A DNA stretch of 33,659 nt from a virus (IMGVR_UViG_3300027798_000132:1-33659), one strand, 5' to 3'; shown: positions 1-8,434, numbered from the stretch's first letter. The notes: generated by a model not told the origin, from the sequence alone. Numbers and translations are program-made.

Positions 1-173
1 GATAAATCAATTCCTTTATTTTCTCTTGGATTTTCTTCTTCCTCTGTCGATTCCCCCAACATCCATTGTTTTACTCTCATTTCATTCTTCTTTTTCCAAT
101 CATCCATTCTTAAAACTTTTTGAATGTTGTCATTAGTAATAATTTCGATTGAATATCCTGCGGTAGCTGTCAT
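1..173 (-). CDS. Partial hypothetical protein running off the left edge (MTATAGYSIEIITNDNIQKVLRMDDW...)
   Basis: Manual translation: ATG at 173 on the minus strand, no stop before position 1; divergent from the 466 ORF. Confidence 0.6.
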   Translation of the reverse strand, partial: MTATAGYSIEIITNDNIQKVLRMDDWKKKNEMRVKQWMLGESTEEEENPRENKGIDL

Positions 174-213
174 GTTAGTATTGTTTAGATTTGTTATTGC
201 TGTTTGATGATGT

Positions 214-436
214 AATATTATAATATATTATAATGTAAACAAAATGTTTTGTGATTTATTTTTTAAAATAATTAAATATTTGCTAAAACGCAGTATATTT
301 GTACTGTATTTAGCTTTGTAACTAAGGAATTATACGATAATAAAGTGGTTAGTGATGTATATAGTGGTCTTCGTTTTTGAAGTCCACTATTTTTTTTGAA
401 AAACACTTTGTTTATATTATAATATATTATAATATT
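214..436. promoter_or_regulatory. Divergent control region with a 37-bp inverted repeat pair (214-250 / 400-436), each copy holding the palindrome ATTATAATATATTATAAT; putative operators/promoters
   Basis: aatattataatatattataatgtaaacaaaatgtttt matches the reverse complement of aaaacactttgtttatattataatatattataatatt at 35/37; lies between divergent ORFs. Confidence 0.65.
361..397 (+). terminator. Putative intrinsic terminator
   Basis: atagtgg-t-cttc / gaag-t-ccactat stem followed by a T run. Confidence 0.55.
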
Positions 437-465
437 GTATTGTTAATCTTTATATATAATCAATT

Positions 466-705
466 ATGACAAAGAAAAGTAAAGTTGTAGAAAAAAAAGG
501 GCTAACCTACTTAAAAGGTTTTATTGCACGAGGAATGACGCAAACGCAGTTATTTACAGATGTTTCAAATCAATTAAATGAGATGAAGATAACTCCGAAA
601 ATTGGACGGTCGTATAACTTCGGCATTGTACAAAGTGTTTGGTACGGAAAGTATGAAGACGAAAAGGTTGAGCAATTATTAAAAGAAAAGCTAATGTTCA
701 ATTAA
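466..705 (+). CDS. Small basic protein, possibly a Cro-like DNA-binding regulator
   Basis: 79 aa, first gene after the operator-like repeats; HTH character is only suggestive. Confidence 0.5.
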   Translation: MTKKSKVVEKKGLTYLKGFIARGMTQTQLFTDVSNQLNEMKITPKIGRSYNFGIVQSVWYGKYEDEKVEQLLKEKLMFN

Positions 706-745
706 TTATGTACAATTATTACATTTTAAAAATAATTTAAAAAAA

Positions 746-1135
746 ATGAATAAACCAAAAATAAAGCACCTTTGCACCGAAACACAAAAAGACGAAAAGA
801 TGAACATTCTTGCAACACTCACTCTTTTGTCTTATCAGTTTGAGATACTCGAATTTAACGACAGTTTTATATTTACGGGTGCTTTGAAATTTGCCGTAAA
901 TAACTTAAAAAGGCTAATTGAAAAGTCTATGTCAAACTATTATAAAGGTGATGATGCACAGACACTTGACGAAAAGATGAATATGCTTAATACAGCAGTA
1001 GATATGACAACTGAATCAATGAAAATATCTTATCGTTTAGGTGAATTTAGTACAGAACACGCTCAGGAGTATCTAAAAGAATGGACTGCATTGTTACACA
1101 AGTATGAGTTATCAGAAAACGTTTATCACGCTTAA
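746..1135 (+). CDS. Hypothetical phage protein
   Basis: 129-aa ORF, A-rich leader, 2 nt from the next gene. Confidence 0.7.
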   Translation: MNKPKIKHLCTETQKDEKMNILATLTLLSYQFEILEFNDSFIFTGALKFAVNNLKRLIEKSMSNYYKGDDAQTLDEKMNMLNTAVDMTTESMKISYRLGEFSTEHAQEYLKEWTALLHKYELSENVYHA

Positions 1136-1137
1136 AA

Positions 1138-1440
1138 ATGACAAAAACACAAAGAAAAAAAATATCAATTAAAATACTAAAACACTACGGAGAATCAAGA
1201 CAAAGATTTAAAATTTTGGAAGAAGTAGGGGAGTTTTCAGTAGAATTAGCAAGAACAGATTTAGGCAGGAAAATTACTAAACAATTAATTGGAGAAACTG
1301 CCGACATTCTGAACGTAATAGACCACTTATTTATCTTAAACGGTGCTGAATTTAGGAAAGATGTGGAATCAATGAGAGACTATAAGTTAAATAGAACTTT
1401 AGAGAGAATTGAACACGAAAGCAATGAGAATAAACAATGA
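1138..1440 (+). CDS. MazG-like nucleotide pyrophosphohydrolase
   Basis: KILEEVGEF...IGETADIL matches the EExxE...ExxD pattern of the all-alpha NTP-PPase fold. Confidence 0.75.
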   Translation: MTKTQRKKISIKILKHYGESRQRFKILEEVGEFSVELARTDLGRKITKQLIGETADILNVIDHLFILNGAEFRKDVESMRDYKLNRTLERIEHESNENKQ

Positions 1441-1524
1441 AAACACAGAAATATACGTCCACCAGTTTTGAGTGCAAAAATTTAACAAATAATATTCCTA
1501 ATCAATTTAGTGTCGTCTGATGAG

Positions 1525-1561
1525 TTACTTCCGTCCGCCTTTTCAGCATGAACCGTGTGTT
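1525..1561. repeat. Truncated attC-like site (right arm only)
   Basis: ttacttccgtccgcc...gtGTT resembles the right arms of the other hairpins; no complementary left arm found upstream. Confidence 0.6.
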
Positions 1562-1577
1562 GTGTGCCGTTTTTATT

Positions 1578-1670
1578 TGTCAGCCCAAGTGTTGTACCCT
1601 GTCGGGGGATGTTTTGCAAACTCGTTTTAGTTGTCCTGTCAGCCCAAGTGTCGTACCCTGTCGGGGGATG
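1578..1670 (+). repeat. 34-bp direct repeat, two copies (1578-1611, 1637-1670)
   Basis: tgtcagcccaagtgtYgtaccctgtcgggggatg, 33/34 identical, 59-nt period. Confidence 0.9.
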
Positions 1671-1714
1671 GTTTTTAAACTTAATTTTCTTTAAAAGTCT
1701 GTCGCATGATATGG

Positions 1715-1744
1715 TTTGTCCTGTCGGAAAATGTGTTATATTTG
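1715..1744 (+). promoter_or_regulatory. Bacteroidota-type promoter candidate
   Basis: TTTG at 1715-1718 and TATATTTG at 1737-1744 upstream of the 1787 ORF. Confidence 0.5.
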
Positions 1745-1786
1745 AAAAATAATTAAACTATTTTTCATTTTAAATTTTTTAAAGTC

Positions 1787-1975
1787 ATGGAATTACCATT
1801 AGAAAAATTGCAAGTATCTGAAATTATTAGAAACGCCGTGTCGGAACTTAACACCCTTGTTCAGGAAGCTGAATCCCATGGCTTGACAGTTGACTTTACT
1901 GCAAGAAATCCAAGATTTGACGATAAAGATGCTACGGCTTTGAGTGTCTCAATTTGTCAAATAACTACTTTTTAA
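1787..1975 (+). CDS. Hypothetical protein (cassette 1)
   Basis: 62-aa ORF with promoter candidate; 3' end overlaps the convergent ORF. Confidence 0.6.
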   Translation: MELPLEKLQVSEIIRNAVSELNTLVQEAESHGLTVDFTARNPRFDDKDATALSVSICQITTF

Positions 1976-2159
1976 CGGCATTTTTTATAATTTTGACTTC
2001 GCTTAACAAAACATCTTGGTCGGCTGCAAGAATTTTATGGTTTCGCTCTAACTTATCTATGTCTGTCTGAATATTGTCTATTTTTTTTATAATTTTTAAT
2101 TGGTTATTTGAAATAGAGCTAAGTTGTTGGGCAATTTGATTAAACTGTTCTTCTGTCAT
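1965..2159 (-). CDS. Small coiled-coil hypothetical protein (cassette 1)
   Basis: 64 aa with a heptad-like pattern; starts just inside the cassette right end. Confidence 0.6.
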   Translation of the reverse strand: MTEEQFNQIAQQLSSISNNQLKIIKKIDNIQTDIDKLERNHKILAADQDVLLSEVKIIKNAVKK

Positions 2160-2197
2160 TGATTTGTCTGTTTATTTGCTGTTTTAAAATGGCACAC

Positions 2198-2320
2198 AAC
2201 GTATGGTGCTATGAGAAGTAGCGGATTTAGAAAACTAAAATTTGAATTATGCAGAAAAGTTTATTTGAAAACGAAATGTTGAATATACCACCGAACCCGC
2301 TATTTCTTATAGCACGTGTT
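2198..2320. repeat. attC-like hairpin A (123 nt)
   Basis: AAC gtatg gtgctatgagaagtagcgg ... ccgctatttcttatagcac gt GTT. Confidence 0.9.
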
Positions 2321-2965
2321 AGTGGCAGTTTTTCTTCCATTACGTATAAACAAGCGGTTGATTTTTTATTGCCTCGCCATTATTCAGGCAGAAAACCGAG
2401 TATTACTTTTTCTTTTGGTTACTTTGAAAATAACGAATTGAAAGCAGTATGTACATTTGGAAAACCTGCAAGTAATAGTTTATGTATTGGTGTTTGTGGC
2501 AAAGAATATAGCGAAAAGGTATTTGAATTAAACCGCCTTTGTGTTGATGGTGAAATAGAAATACAACTATCTAAATTTGTGGCTTGGTGCTTAAATGAAT
2601 TGAAAGCAAAAGATTTAATTTTAGTTTCTTATGCTGATACTCAAATGAACCATAATGGATATATTTACCAAGCTACAAACTGGTTTTATACAGGGCAAAC
2701 AAAAAGTAGAACTGATAAGTATGTTGAAGGCGGTAAACATTCAAGGCATTATGATAATGATAATCAAAATGGTTTAAGAAAGTACAGAAGTGCAAAACAC
2801 CGATATATTTATTTTGCAACAAGTAAAACAAAAAAGAAAGAGTATATGAAAAAACTAAATTACGGAATTGAACCATATCCAAAAGGAGAAAATCAAAAAT
2901 ACAAGTTAGGGACTTTTATTGAGCCGATTATCATTGACACCAATGTTGCTCAAAATTGCCACTAA
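2249..2965 (+). CDS. Mom-like GNAT-fold DNA (adenine) modification protein (cassette 2)
   Basis: Motifs HYS, ELNRL, SYAD, HNGYIYQATNWFYTG typical of Mu Mom-family proteins; start codon lies in hairpin A, stop TAA lies in the right-end gccacTAAc. Confidence 0.75.
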   Translation: MQKSLFENEMLNIPPNPLFLIARVSGSFSSITYKQAVDFLLPRHYSGRKPSITFSFGYFENNELKAVCTFGKPASNSLCIGVCGKEYSEKVFELNRLCVDGEIEIQLSKFVAWCLNELKAKDLILVSYADTQMNHNGYIYQATNWFYTGQTKSRTDKYVEGGKHSRHYDNDNQNGLRKYRSAKHRYIYFATSKTKKKEYMKKLNYGIEPYPKGENQKYKLGTFIEPIIIDTNVAQNCH

Positions 2966-3150
2966 CGAAAAAGTATTGTTGCTGTGGCGGATTTTGGAAA
3001 CGTTCCGCCCGTAACAAATGCTAATTAATGTACTGATTTTTTAATTACTTACTAATGCTGGGTCAGTTTCCGTCAGCCGAAACAAAAGCCCGATAGAATT
3101 ACCCAAGTTGAGTTAATTCCGTCAGCCCGCCATAGAAACAATACTATGTT
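2964..3150. repeat. attC-like hairpin B (187 nt)
   Basis: AAC gaaaa agtattgttgctgtggcgg ... ccgccatagaaacaatact at GTT. Confidence 0.9.
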
Positions 3151-3158
3151 GGTGGCTG

Positions 3159-3983
3159 TTATTTTTTCTTCTTTTGTGGTGAATCTTCCTTTAACATTTT
3201 CTTGTAACCTTCTTTTAACTCTTTTTTGACATTTGGCAATTCTTTCTCTTGGATAAGGTTTTCTGGTGTATGTCCAACGTTTTCATTTACTATTTTACGA
3301 ACTTCTCGACCAACTTGGAAATGATTTTGTTCAAGGTTCGCCTGTCCACTTATTTTTTTACTTTTAATACGCTCCTCTGTTTGGGTTAGCCTAAATAAGT
3401 TTGCAGCAAGCTCGGTTCTCCCCATAGTGTCAAATAACTTTTCTTTCTTAACATTTCGTTTACTTGCTAATTTCCAACTTTCCATGTTGTACATTCCCAA
3501 ATATCCTGCATTGGCAAACCTTGCATAATCTGTAACGCCTGCTTGCTTTGCTGTCGATGCTAATGACTTATTTCCCTCTGTAAGTTCCTCTCTAATTAAT
3601 AGCCTATCAATTTCATTGCTATTCTCAAAATATAACTCAAATTTCCGTGTTTGTTTCGCAAAATATGCCTGAGCCGAAGCAACCTCAATTTTTTGAGGGT
3701 TTCCATTCATAACAGTAATATAACACGCAAATCTTGTCAATTTGAAGTCTTGTACTTGAATGCCGTTAATATCTCTCAATGTTGCAATTATATTTTCATA
3801 ATGCGGAATATTAAGAGATACAAACGCTTTTGTCGCTCTATCTAAAACACTTTGAAAAGCCTTTAAATTAGCATATCCAAGCATTTGTAACAGGTCTGAT
3901 GCCCACCAGTAAGTTATTCCATTTTCATTTTTAAAATCTTCAAATGTCAATTTTTCTCCGTCTGATTTGATAAGTTCGTCCAT
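3159..3983 (-). CDS. dinD: DNA damage-inducible protein D (DinD) family protein (cassette 3)
   Basis: DFKLTRFACY...NGNPQK..VASAQAYFAKQTRK and MGRTELAANLFRLTQTEE motifs; 274 aa; TAACTTTG promoter box on the minus strand at 4011-4018. Confidence 0.85.
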   Translation of the reverse strand: MDELIKSDGEKLTFEDFKNENGITYWWASDLLQMLGYANLKAFQSVLDRATKAFVSLNIPHYENIIATLRDINGIQVQDFKLTRFACYITVMNGNPQKIEVASAQAYFAKQTRKFELYFENSNEIDRLLIREELTEGNKSLASTAKQAGVTDYARFANAGYLGMYNMESWKLASKRNVKKEKLFDTMGRTELAANLFRLTQTEERIKSKKISGQANLEQNHFQVGREVRKIVNENVGHTPENLIQEKELPNVKKELKEGYKKMLKEDSPQKKKK

Positions 3984-4070
3984 TGTTTTGTAAATTTGGG
4001 TTTCAACTTACAAAGTTACACTTTTTAAATCAATCGTGCTTTCAAGGATAGTTTTTTTATAATAGCCACC

Positions 4071-4187
4071 AACGTACAGGTGCAAATGAATTGGGGTAAT
4101 TCCTAATGTTCGGTAGAGTTCCAAAGATGAGTAGTTCCCGTCCGCAAGATTGAAACACATACGACCCCATTTCATTTGCACCATGTT
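4071..4187. repeat. attC-like hairpin C (117 nt)
   Basis: AAC gtaca ggtgcaaatgaattggggt ... accccatttcatttgcacc at GTT. Confidence 0.9.
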
Positions 4188-4222
4188 GTGTGCATTCAAT
4201 TTTTATCGTGTCAAATTGTACT

Positions 4223-4702
4223 ATGAATGTAATATTTCTCGACATTGACGGAGTTTTGAATACTCCTAATCACGGTGTCCAAGCCCACGGAATGTGGAAA
4301 AAAACAAACGGCTGGTTTAAGTCAAAAGATGAATTTGGGGCTATTTTTGACCCTTTTGCAGTCGATTGCCTAATTTATCTTGCTGATACCACAAACTCAA
4401 AAGTAGTCATTTCGTCAACGTGGCGTAAAGCTGGATTGCAACGAATGAAAGATATGTTTAAAGTTCGTGGTATTCCTATTGATGTTATTGATGTAACGCC
4501 AATTTTGAACGTAAAACGTGGCGAAGAAATTGAAACATGGCTACAAATGAATGACTATGTTACAAATTATGTGATTCTTGATGATGATACAGATTTTACA
4601 GATTATCAGCTAAATCATAAGTTTGTCTTGACCCGTGGAAAATACGGATTTGACCATAATTGTCTTGTCAAGGCTTTAAAAATTTTGATGGAGCGATGTT
4701 AG
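4223..4702 (+). CDS. HAD-superfamily phosphatase, Swiss Army Knife RNA-repair-like HAD domain (cassette 4)
   Basis: VIFLDIDGVLN, VVISSTWR, RGEEI..WL, YVILDD motifs; ATG 4223 preferred over GTG 4190. Confidence 0.85.
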   Translation: MNVIFLDIDGVLNTPNHGVQAHGMWKKTNGWFKSKDEFGAIFDPFAVDCLIYLADTTNSKVVISSTWRKAGLQRMKDMFKVRGIPIDVIDVTPILNVKRGEEIETWLQMNDYVTNYVILDDDTDFTDYQLNHKFVLTRGKYGFDHNCLVKALKILMERC

Positions 4703-4726
4703 TTCCTCTCTCATTTGATTGCACAC

Positions 4727-4912
4727 AACGTACAAGTATTTATGAAGAAGGGGGGATTCTGAACTCGTCAGCCTGAAACTGGTGCTGGGTTTTGTTCCAA
4801 AGTTGAGTAACTTCCAACTGATTCATAGTATTCCGTCCGACGGTGCAAATGTTGATTAATTTACTGATGTTCAATTACTTACGTCCGCCCCCTTTTTCAT
4901 AAATACTATGTT
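4727..4912. repeat. attC-like hairpin D (186 nt)
   Basis: AAC gtaca agtatttatgaagaaggggg ... ccccctttttcataaatact at GTT; about 93% identical to hairpin E. Confidence 0.9.
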
Positions 4913-4961
4913 AGTGGCTTCCCGTTTTGTGTCGTCCGATGATTCCAACTGTCAATGTTCA

Positions 4962-5468
4962 TTACTTTATATTCTCCATGACAAGAATTTTAAACAAAAC
5001 CAATAAGCTCCTAAGAATTGTCATTGAGATAATTAGTATTCCCGAGCATACAATTAAGTTTATAGAATGAATCGAAAAATTGTCAGAGGATGCCCAAAAT
5101 ATGTAAAGTACAATAAAGCAAACTGAAAATTCTGAAATAGCAATTCTGAACGCTCTAACAATATTTGGATAGTGTACGCTTGAAAAAATCATTTCCAAAG
5201 GATTTGCAGATTCTTCAATCATTTTTGCTTTGATGTTTGACTTGAAAGTAACTATAATTGTCAATGCAGCAAGAATAAAACCCGAAAGCGAAACTGATGT
5301 GCCAATTAGATTTGATAAAATGTTGAGTTGATTATTTTTATCTATCAGAATAAAATTAAAAAGACTCACTTTATTGTGCAAAATATAGAGTACGAATAAA
5401 AGAATCCCATCTGAAAATAACGGAAATTTTAAGTAAAAATCTAATATTTTGTTTCTAATTTTTTTCAC
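4962..5468 (-). CDS. Multi-pass membrane protein (cassette 5)
   Basis: 168 aa, about 4 hydrophobic segments; ATGA-type 4-nt overlap with the upstream gene. Confidence 0.8.
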   Translation of the reverse strand: MKKIRNKILDFYLKFPLFSDGILLFVLYILHNKVSLFNFILIDKNNQLNILSNLIGTSVSLSGFILAALTIIVTFKSNIKAKMIEESANPLEMIFSSVHYPNIVRAFRIAISEFSVCFIVLYIFWASSDNFSIHSINLIVCSGILIISMTILRSLLVLFKILVMENIK

Positions 5469-6394
5469 GAATGAATTACTTTGTAAAGTTCTGATTTCAT
5501 TTTTTGGAATATGTCCTCAGAAACGATTGTCTTATATTTTTCTTTTTTCTGTACTTTTATTTCAGTTTTCACCCTGTCAATAAGTAAGTCAAAGGTACTT
5601 AAAATATTGTTCTTTTCAATATCTTCTGCACGAACGGTAAGGATGTTGAATAGCTGGGTGTTTTCCTTTTTACCTATCAGTTTTTTCATAACGTCATTGA
5701 TTATATTCTGAGCATCGCTTGTGTCTTCACGTTTTTGATAATCAAATTTTAATTTCAATGTCGCATATTCTGGTTTGAAAAATTCTATGGCTGTTTCCAT
5801 TGCTGAATATAGAGAACCATTAAGTGCTTTTAATTCGTTGAGATTTTCTTTATGAACTTTTACTATTAATTCAGAAAATCGACCCATTCTGTCTTTATAG
5901 GTTTTCAAGTCGTCTTTAACAACCGACCTCCATTTTACTTCAACAACTTTATCTGTGGATTGTCCGATTGAAGATAAATAGTTAAGTAGGTCTTGGGTCT
6001 TTGAGCCAAATTGGTTGTACTCAATTGCAAGGGTTTTCGTTGGTTTAGAATAGTCAATAACAAAGTGAGTTGTTTCTACTATTCCCTCACTTTCGAGTGA
6101 TTCAATCCCTCTTACATCATCTGTTTGGGTATTCATTATTTCAGGAAATACATCTTTGCGAATACATCTAACTTTTCCCAATACCATTTTGTATTGTGGG
6201 TCAAATTTAATGTCTTGAACATAAATATATTTTTCGCTAAAATATTGATACCGAACTGAGTCTTTTTGAGTTGAAAGGTTAATAATCGACGTGAAAAATG
6301 ATTTGAATTTAGTTTCATCATCTTCTAAACTGTCTGTGTAAGTAAAGTCTAAATCATAGTAGTGTATCGTGCGGTTTACTTGTGATAATGCCAT
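5465..6394 (-). CDS. Soluble hypothetical protein, partner of the downstream membrane protein (cassette 5)
   Basis: 309-aa ORF, translationally coupled to 4962-5468. Confidence 0.8.
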   Translation of the reverse strand: MALSQVNRTIHYYDLDFTYTDSLEDDETKFKSFFTSIINLSTQKDSVRYQYFSEKYIYVQDIKFDPQYKMVLGKVRCIRKDVFPEIMNTQTDDVRGIESLESEGIVETTHFVIDYSKPTKTLAIEYNQFGSKTQDLLNYLSSIGQSTDKVVEVKWRSVVKDDLKTYKDRMGRFSELIVKVHKENLNELKALNGSLYSAMETAIEFFKPEYATLKLKFDYQKREDTSDAQNIINDVMKKLIGKKENTQLFNILTVRAEDIEKNNILSTFDLLIDRVKTEIKVQKKEKYKTIVSEDIFQKMKSELYKVIHS

Positions 6395-6478
6395 ATAAAG
6401 TTAGAAATTTTGATTAATTTTGAGGGTAAATAATTGTTGTTCGCTAAGGTTGGAAAGTGCAGTTATCGGGTTGCCACT

Positions 6479-6664
6479 AACGTAAAAGTATTTATGAAGA
6501 AGGGGGAATTTGGAACTCGTCAGCCCGTAACTGTTGCTGGGTTTTGTTCCAAAGTTGAGTAACTTCCAACTGCTTCATAGTATCCCGTCCGCTGGTGCAA
6601 ATGTTGATTAATTTACTGATGTTCAATCACTTCCGTCCGCCCCCTTTTTCATAAATACTATGTT
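6479..6664. repeat. attC-like hairpin E (186 nt)
   Basis: AAC gtaaa agtatttatgaagaaggggg ... ccccctttttcataaatact at GTT. Confidence 0.9.
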
Positions 6665-6721
6665 AGCACCAGTTTTTCTTCTGACTGTCAGTTTAAAAAA
6701 AAATATTTAAAGTAAAAATAT

Positions 6722-6955
6722 ATGATACAAGTAAAAGAATTAGTCGTTTCAGATTTGTCAAAAAAAGGTACAGGTCAAAACGAATTAAGTCCAATAAGGT
6801 CAGTCTTTGAGGTTTACTCAAAAGAAGGCGACTTGTTGGCAATGCACGATAGTCTTGGCAATTATTCTGTTGAAGATTTAATTGCGTTTGGAAAATTTTG
6901 TATGTCAAAAAAAGATTTGTCAATTGAAGAAGTATTTAAGCAATGGAAAAATTAA
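6722..6955 (+). CDS. Hypothetical protein (cassette 6)
   Basis: 77-aa ORF, A-rich leader; shares the TTAA stop overlap with the convergent gene. Confidence 0.65.
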   Translation: MIQVKELVVSDLSKKGTGQNELSPIRSVFEVYSKEGDLLAMHDSLGNYSVEDLIAFGKFCMSKKDLSIEEVFKQWKN

Positions 6956-7608
6956 CTGTCTCGTTTTTCAATTCCGTTTCTAATGTTTTCGGGTATGTGT
7001 TTTTCGTAATACTCTTTAACTTTTTTCGGTTGGCTAATAAGCATTTCACAAATAATATTCACAAACCCAAATAATGCGTATGCAATTTCAATATCATCAT
7101 TCAAATCTATCTTTCCAGGGTGAACAGCATTATTCCCTACAACTCGAACGCTGTCAAGTGCTTGTTGCATTGTCTCAGGCAAACCTTTCTTTACGAGACT
7201 TTTTATATCATTATTTATATTCTCTCCTTTTTCACCTAAATGAACACAAAGTTTTTGTACAGCAAGTCGTAATAATGCTGCTGCACCACGAGGCGAAATA
7301 TTTACAATGTCTTTGGCTTCATTATAATCGTTTTTTATATCGTCTGGTAAGTCAGGATTTGCCATTTCAACATTCCCAGTCAACGGATAAACCATTTTTT
7401 GATTTACCCAAAGTGAAATATCCTTACAATGTCCACACTTTGAAGTTAAAGATTTCTGTAAGTTGTACGAGGTTCTCGCATTATGTCCATTTGGCAATAA
7501 TCCAATATAATAGCAGGTTATCTCGTTTGACCAAGTTTGTTCAGATAAAACTCCACAATGTGGGCAATGAAATGAAGATTGTCCTAATGTCGGGGGTATA
7601 TGTTTCAT
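6952..7608 (-). CDS. DUF4145 (HEPN-like) domain protein with an N-terminal zinc ribbon (cassette 6)
   Basis: CPHC...CGHC, then DYNEA..I...SPRGAAALLRLAVQKLC and RVVGNNAVHPG (RxxxNxxxH). Confidence 0.85.
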   Translation of the reverse strand: MKHIPPTLGQSSFHCPHCGVLSEQTWSNEITCYYIGLLPNGHNARTSYNLQKSLTSKCGHCKDISLWVNQKMVYPLTGNVEMANPDLPDDIKNDYNEAKDIVNISPRGAAALLRLAVQKLCVHLGEKGENINNDIKSLVKKGLPETMQQALDSVRVVGNNAVHPGKIDLNDDIEIAYALFGFVNIICEMLISQPKKVKEYYEKHIPENIRNGIEKRDS

Positions 7609-7640
7609 ATATGTTACGCTGTCTTTCTAAAATTGGTGCT

Positions 7641-7767
7641 AACGAACAGATATTGAAGAAGTTGGGGGCTTTGAAAATCTGATGTTTCAATTACTTTCTT
7701 CTGATAGATTAAAAAAACAGATGATTAGCCTTATTCCGTCAGCCCCCAATTTATTCAATATCATGTT
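7641..7767. repeat. attC-like hairpin F (127 nt)
   Basis: AAC gaaca gatattgaagaagttgggggct ... agcccccaatttattcaatatc at GTT. Confidence 0.9.
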
Positions 7768-7795
7768 GGCAGATGCCTTTATTTTTCAATTAATT

Positions 7796-8182
7796 ATGTG
7801 TAGAGTTACAAGTTATATTGGCTCAAAAGATTTTGGGCATTTATACGATGTTGTTTTATCGCAACGTCAATATTTTAATTATCTTGATTATTGGCAAGAT
7901 GCCTGCAAGATACATAGTAACCAATTTGCTGTTTGGGAAAGAATAGAAGGTTCTGCAAATAGCGATTATGGAAGTGTTGGGATTAATTTAATATGCCTTC
8001 ATCTCCACTTATGTTTATCAAAACATACAAGCCCGTTTTTTATAATAAAGGAAATTAGGGAATATCTATCTTTAAAAATTGGCGAAGACATTTTTTGTGA
8101 TTGGAAATTCGAGCAGTGGGAAAAGAAATTTTATAATCAAAGATTCTCGTCTGTTATTTCCAAATTTGAGTGCCTTATTTAA
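7796..8182 (+). CDS. Hypothetical protein (cassette 7); frame is open back to ATG 7682 inside hairpin F
   Basis: ORF fills the unit; stop TAA abuts the right-end repeat; start uncertain. Confidence 0.6.
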   Translation: MCRVTSYIGSKDFGHLYDVVLSQRQYFNYLDYWQDACKIHSNQFAVWERIEGSANSDYGSVGINLICLHLHLCLSKHTSPFFIIKEIREYLSLKIGEDIFCDWKFEQWEKKFYNQRFSSVISKFECLI

Positions 8183-8192
8183 GGTTTCTGCC

Positions 8193-8316
8193 AACGAAAA
8201 AGTATTTATGATGAAGGGGAAATTTGGAAAACGTCAGCCCCTGACTTGCTAATTTTCAATAGAATTACAATCGTTCAATTACTTCCGTTAGCCCCATTTT
8301 TCATAAATACAGTGTT
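8193..8316. repeat. attC-like hairpin G (124 nt)
   Basis: AAC gaaaa agtatttatgatgaagggg ... ccccatttttcataaataca gt GTT. Confidence 0.88.
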
Positions 8317-8372
8317 GGGCGTGGTTAATTTTCGCTCACCAGTTTTATTTTTGAAAATAACCGAAGTTTTTC

Positions 8373-8403
8373 TTGTTTTTTAAATACCATTATGGTATAT
8401 TTG
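8373..8403 (+). promoter_or_regulatory. Bacteroidota-type promoter inside cassette 8
   Basis: TTG at 8373-8375, 20-nt spacer, TATATTTG at 8396-8403. Confidence 0.65.
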
Positions 8404-8434
8404 TGTAAGAATTTAAATTTAAACAAGCAAGAAA

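Noticed and set aside
1555-1752. 65-aa ORF MCCVPFL...
   Set aside because: GTG start across a site boundary, translating a tandem repeat and promoter; likely spurious.
4008-4245. Two short minus-strand ORFs
   Set aside because: They span hairpin C and a promoter region with no protein-like features.
7074-7682. 202-aa plus-strand ORF
   Set aside because: Antisense shadow of the well-supported DUF4145 gene.
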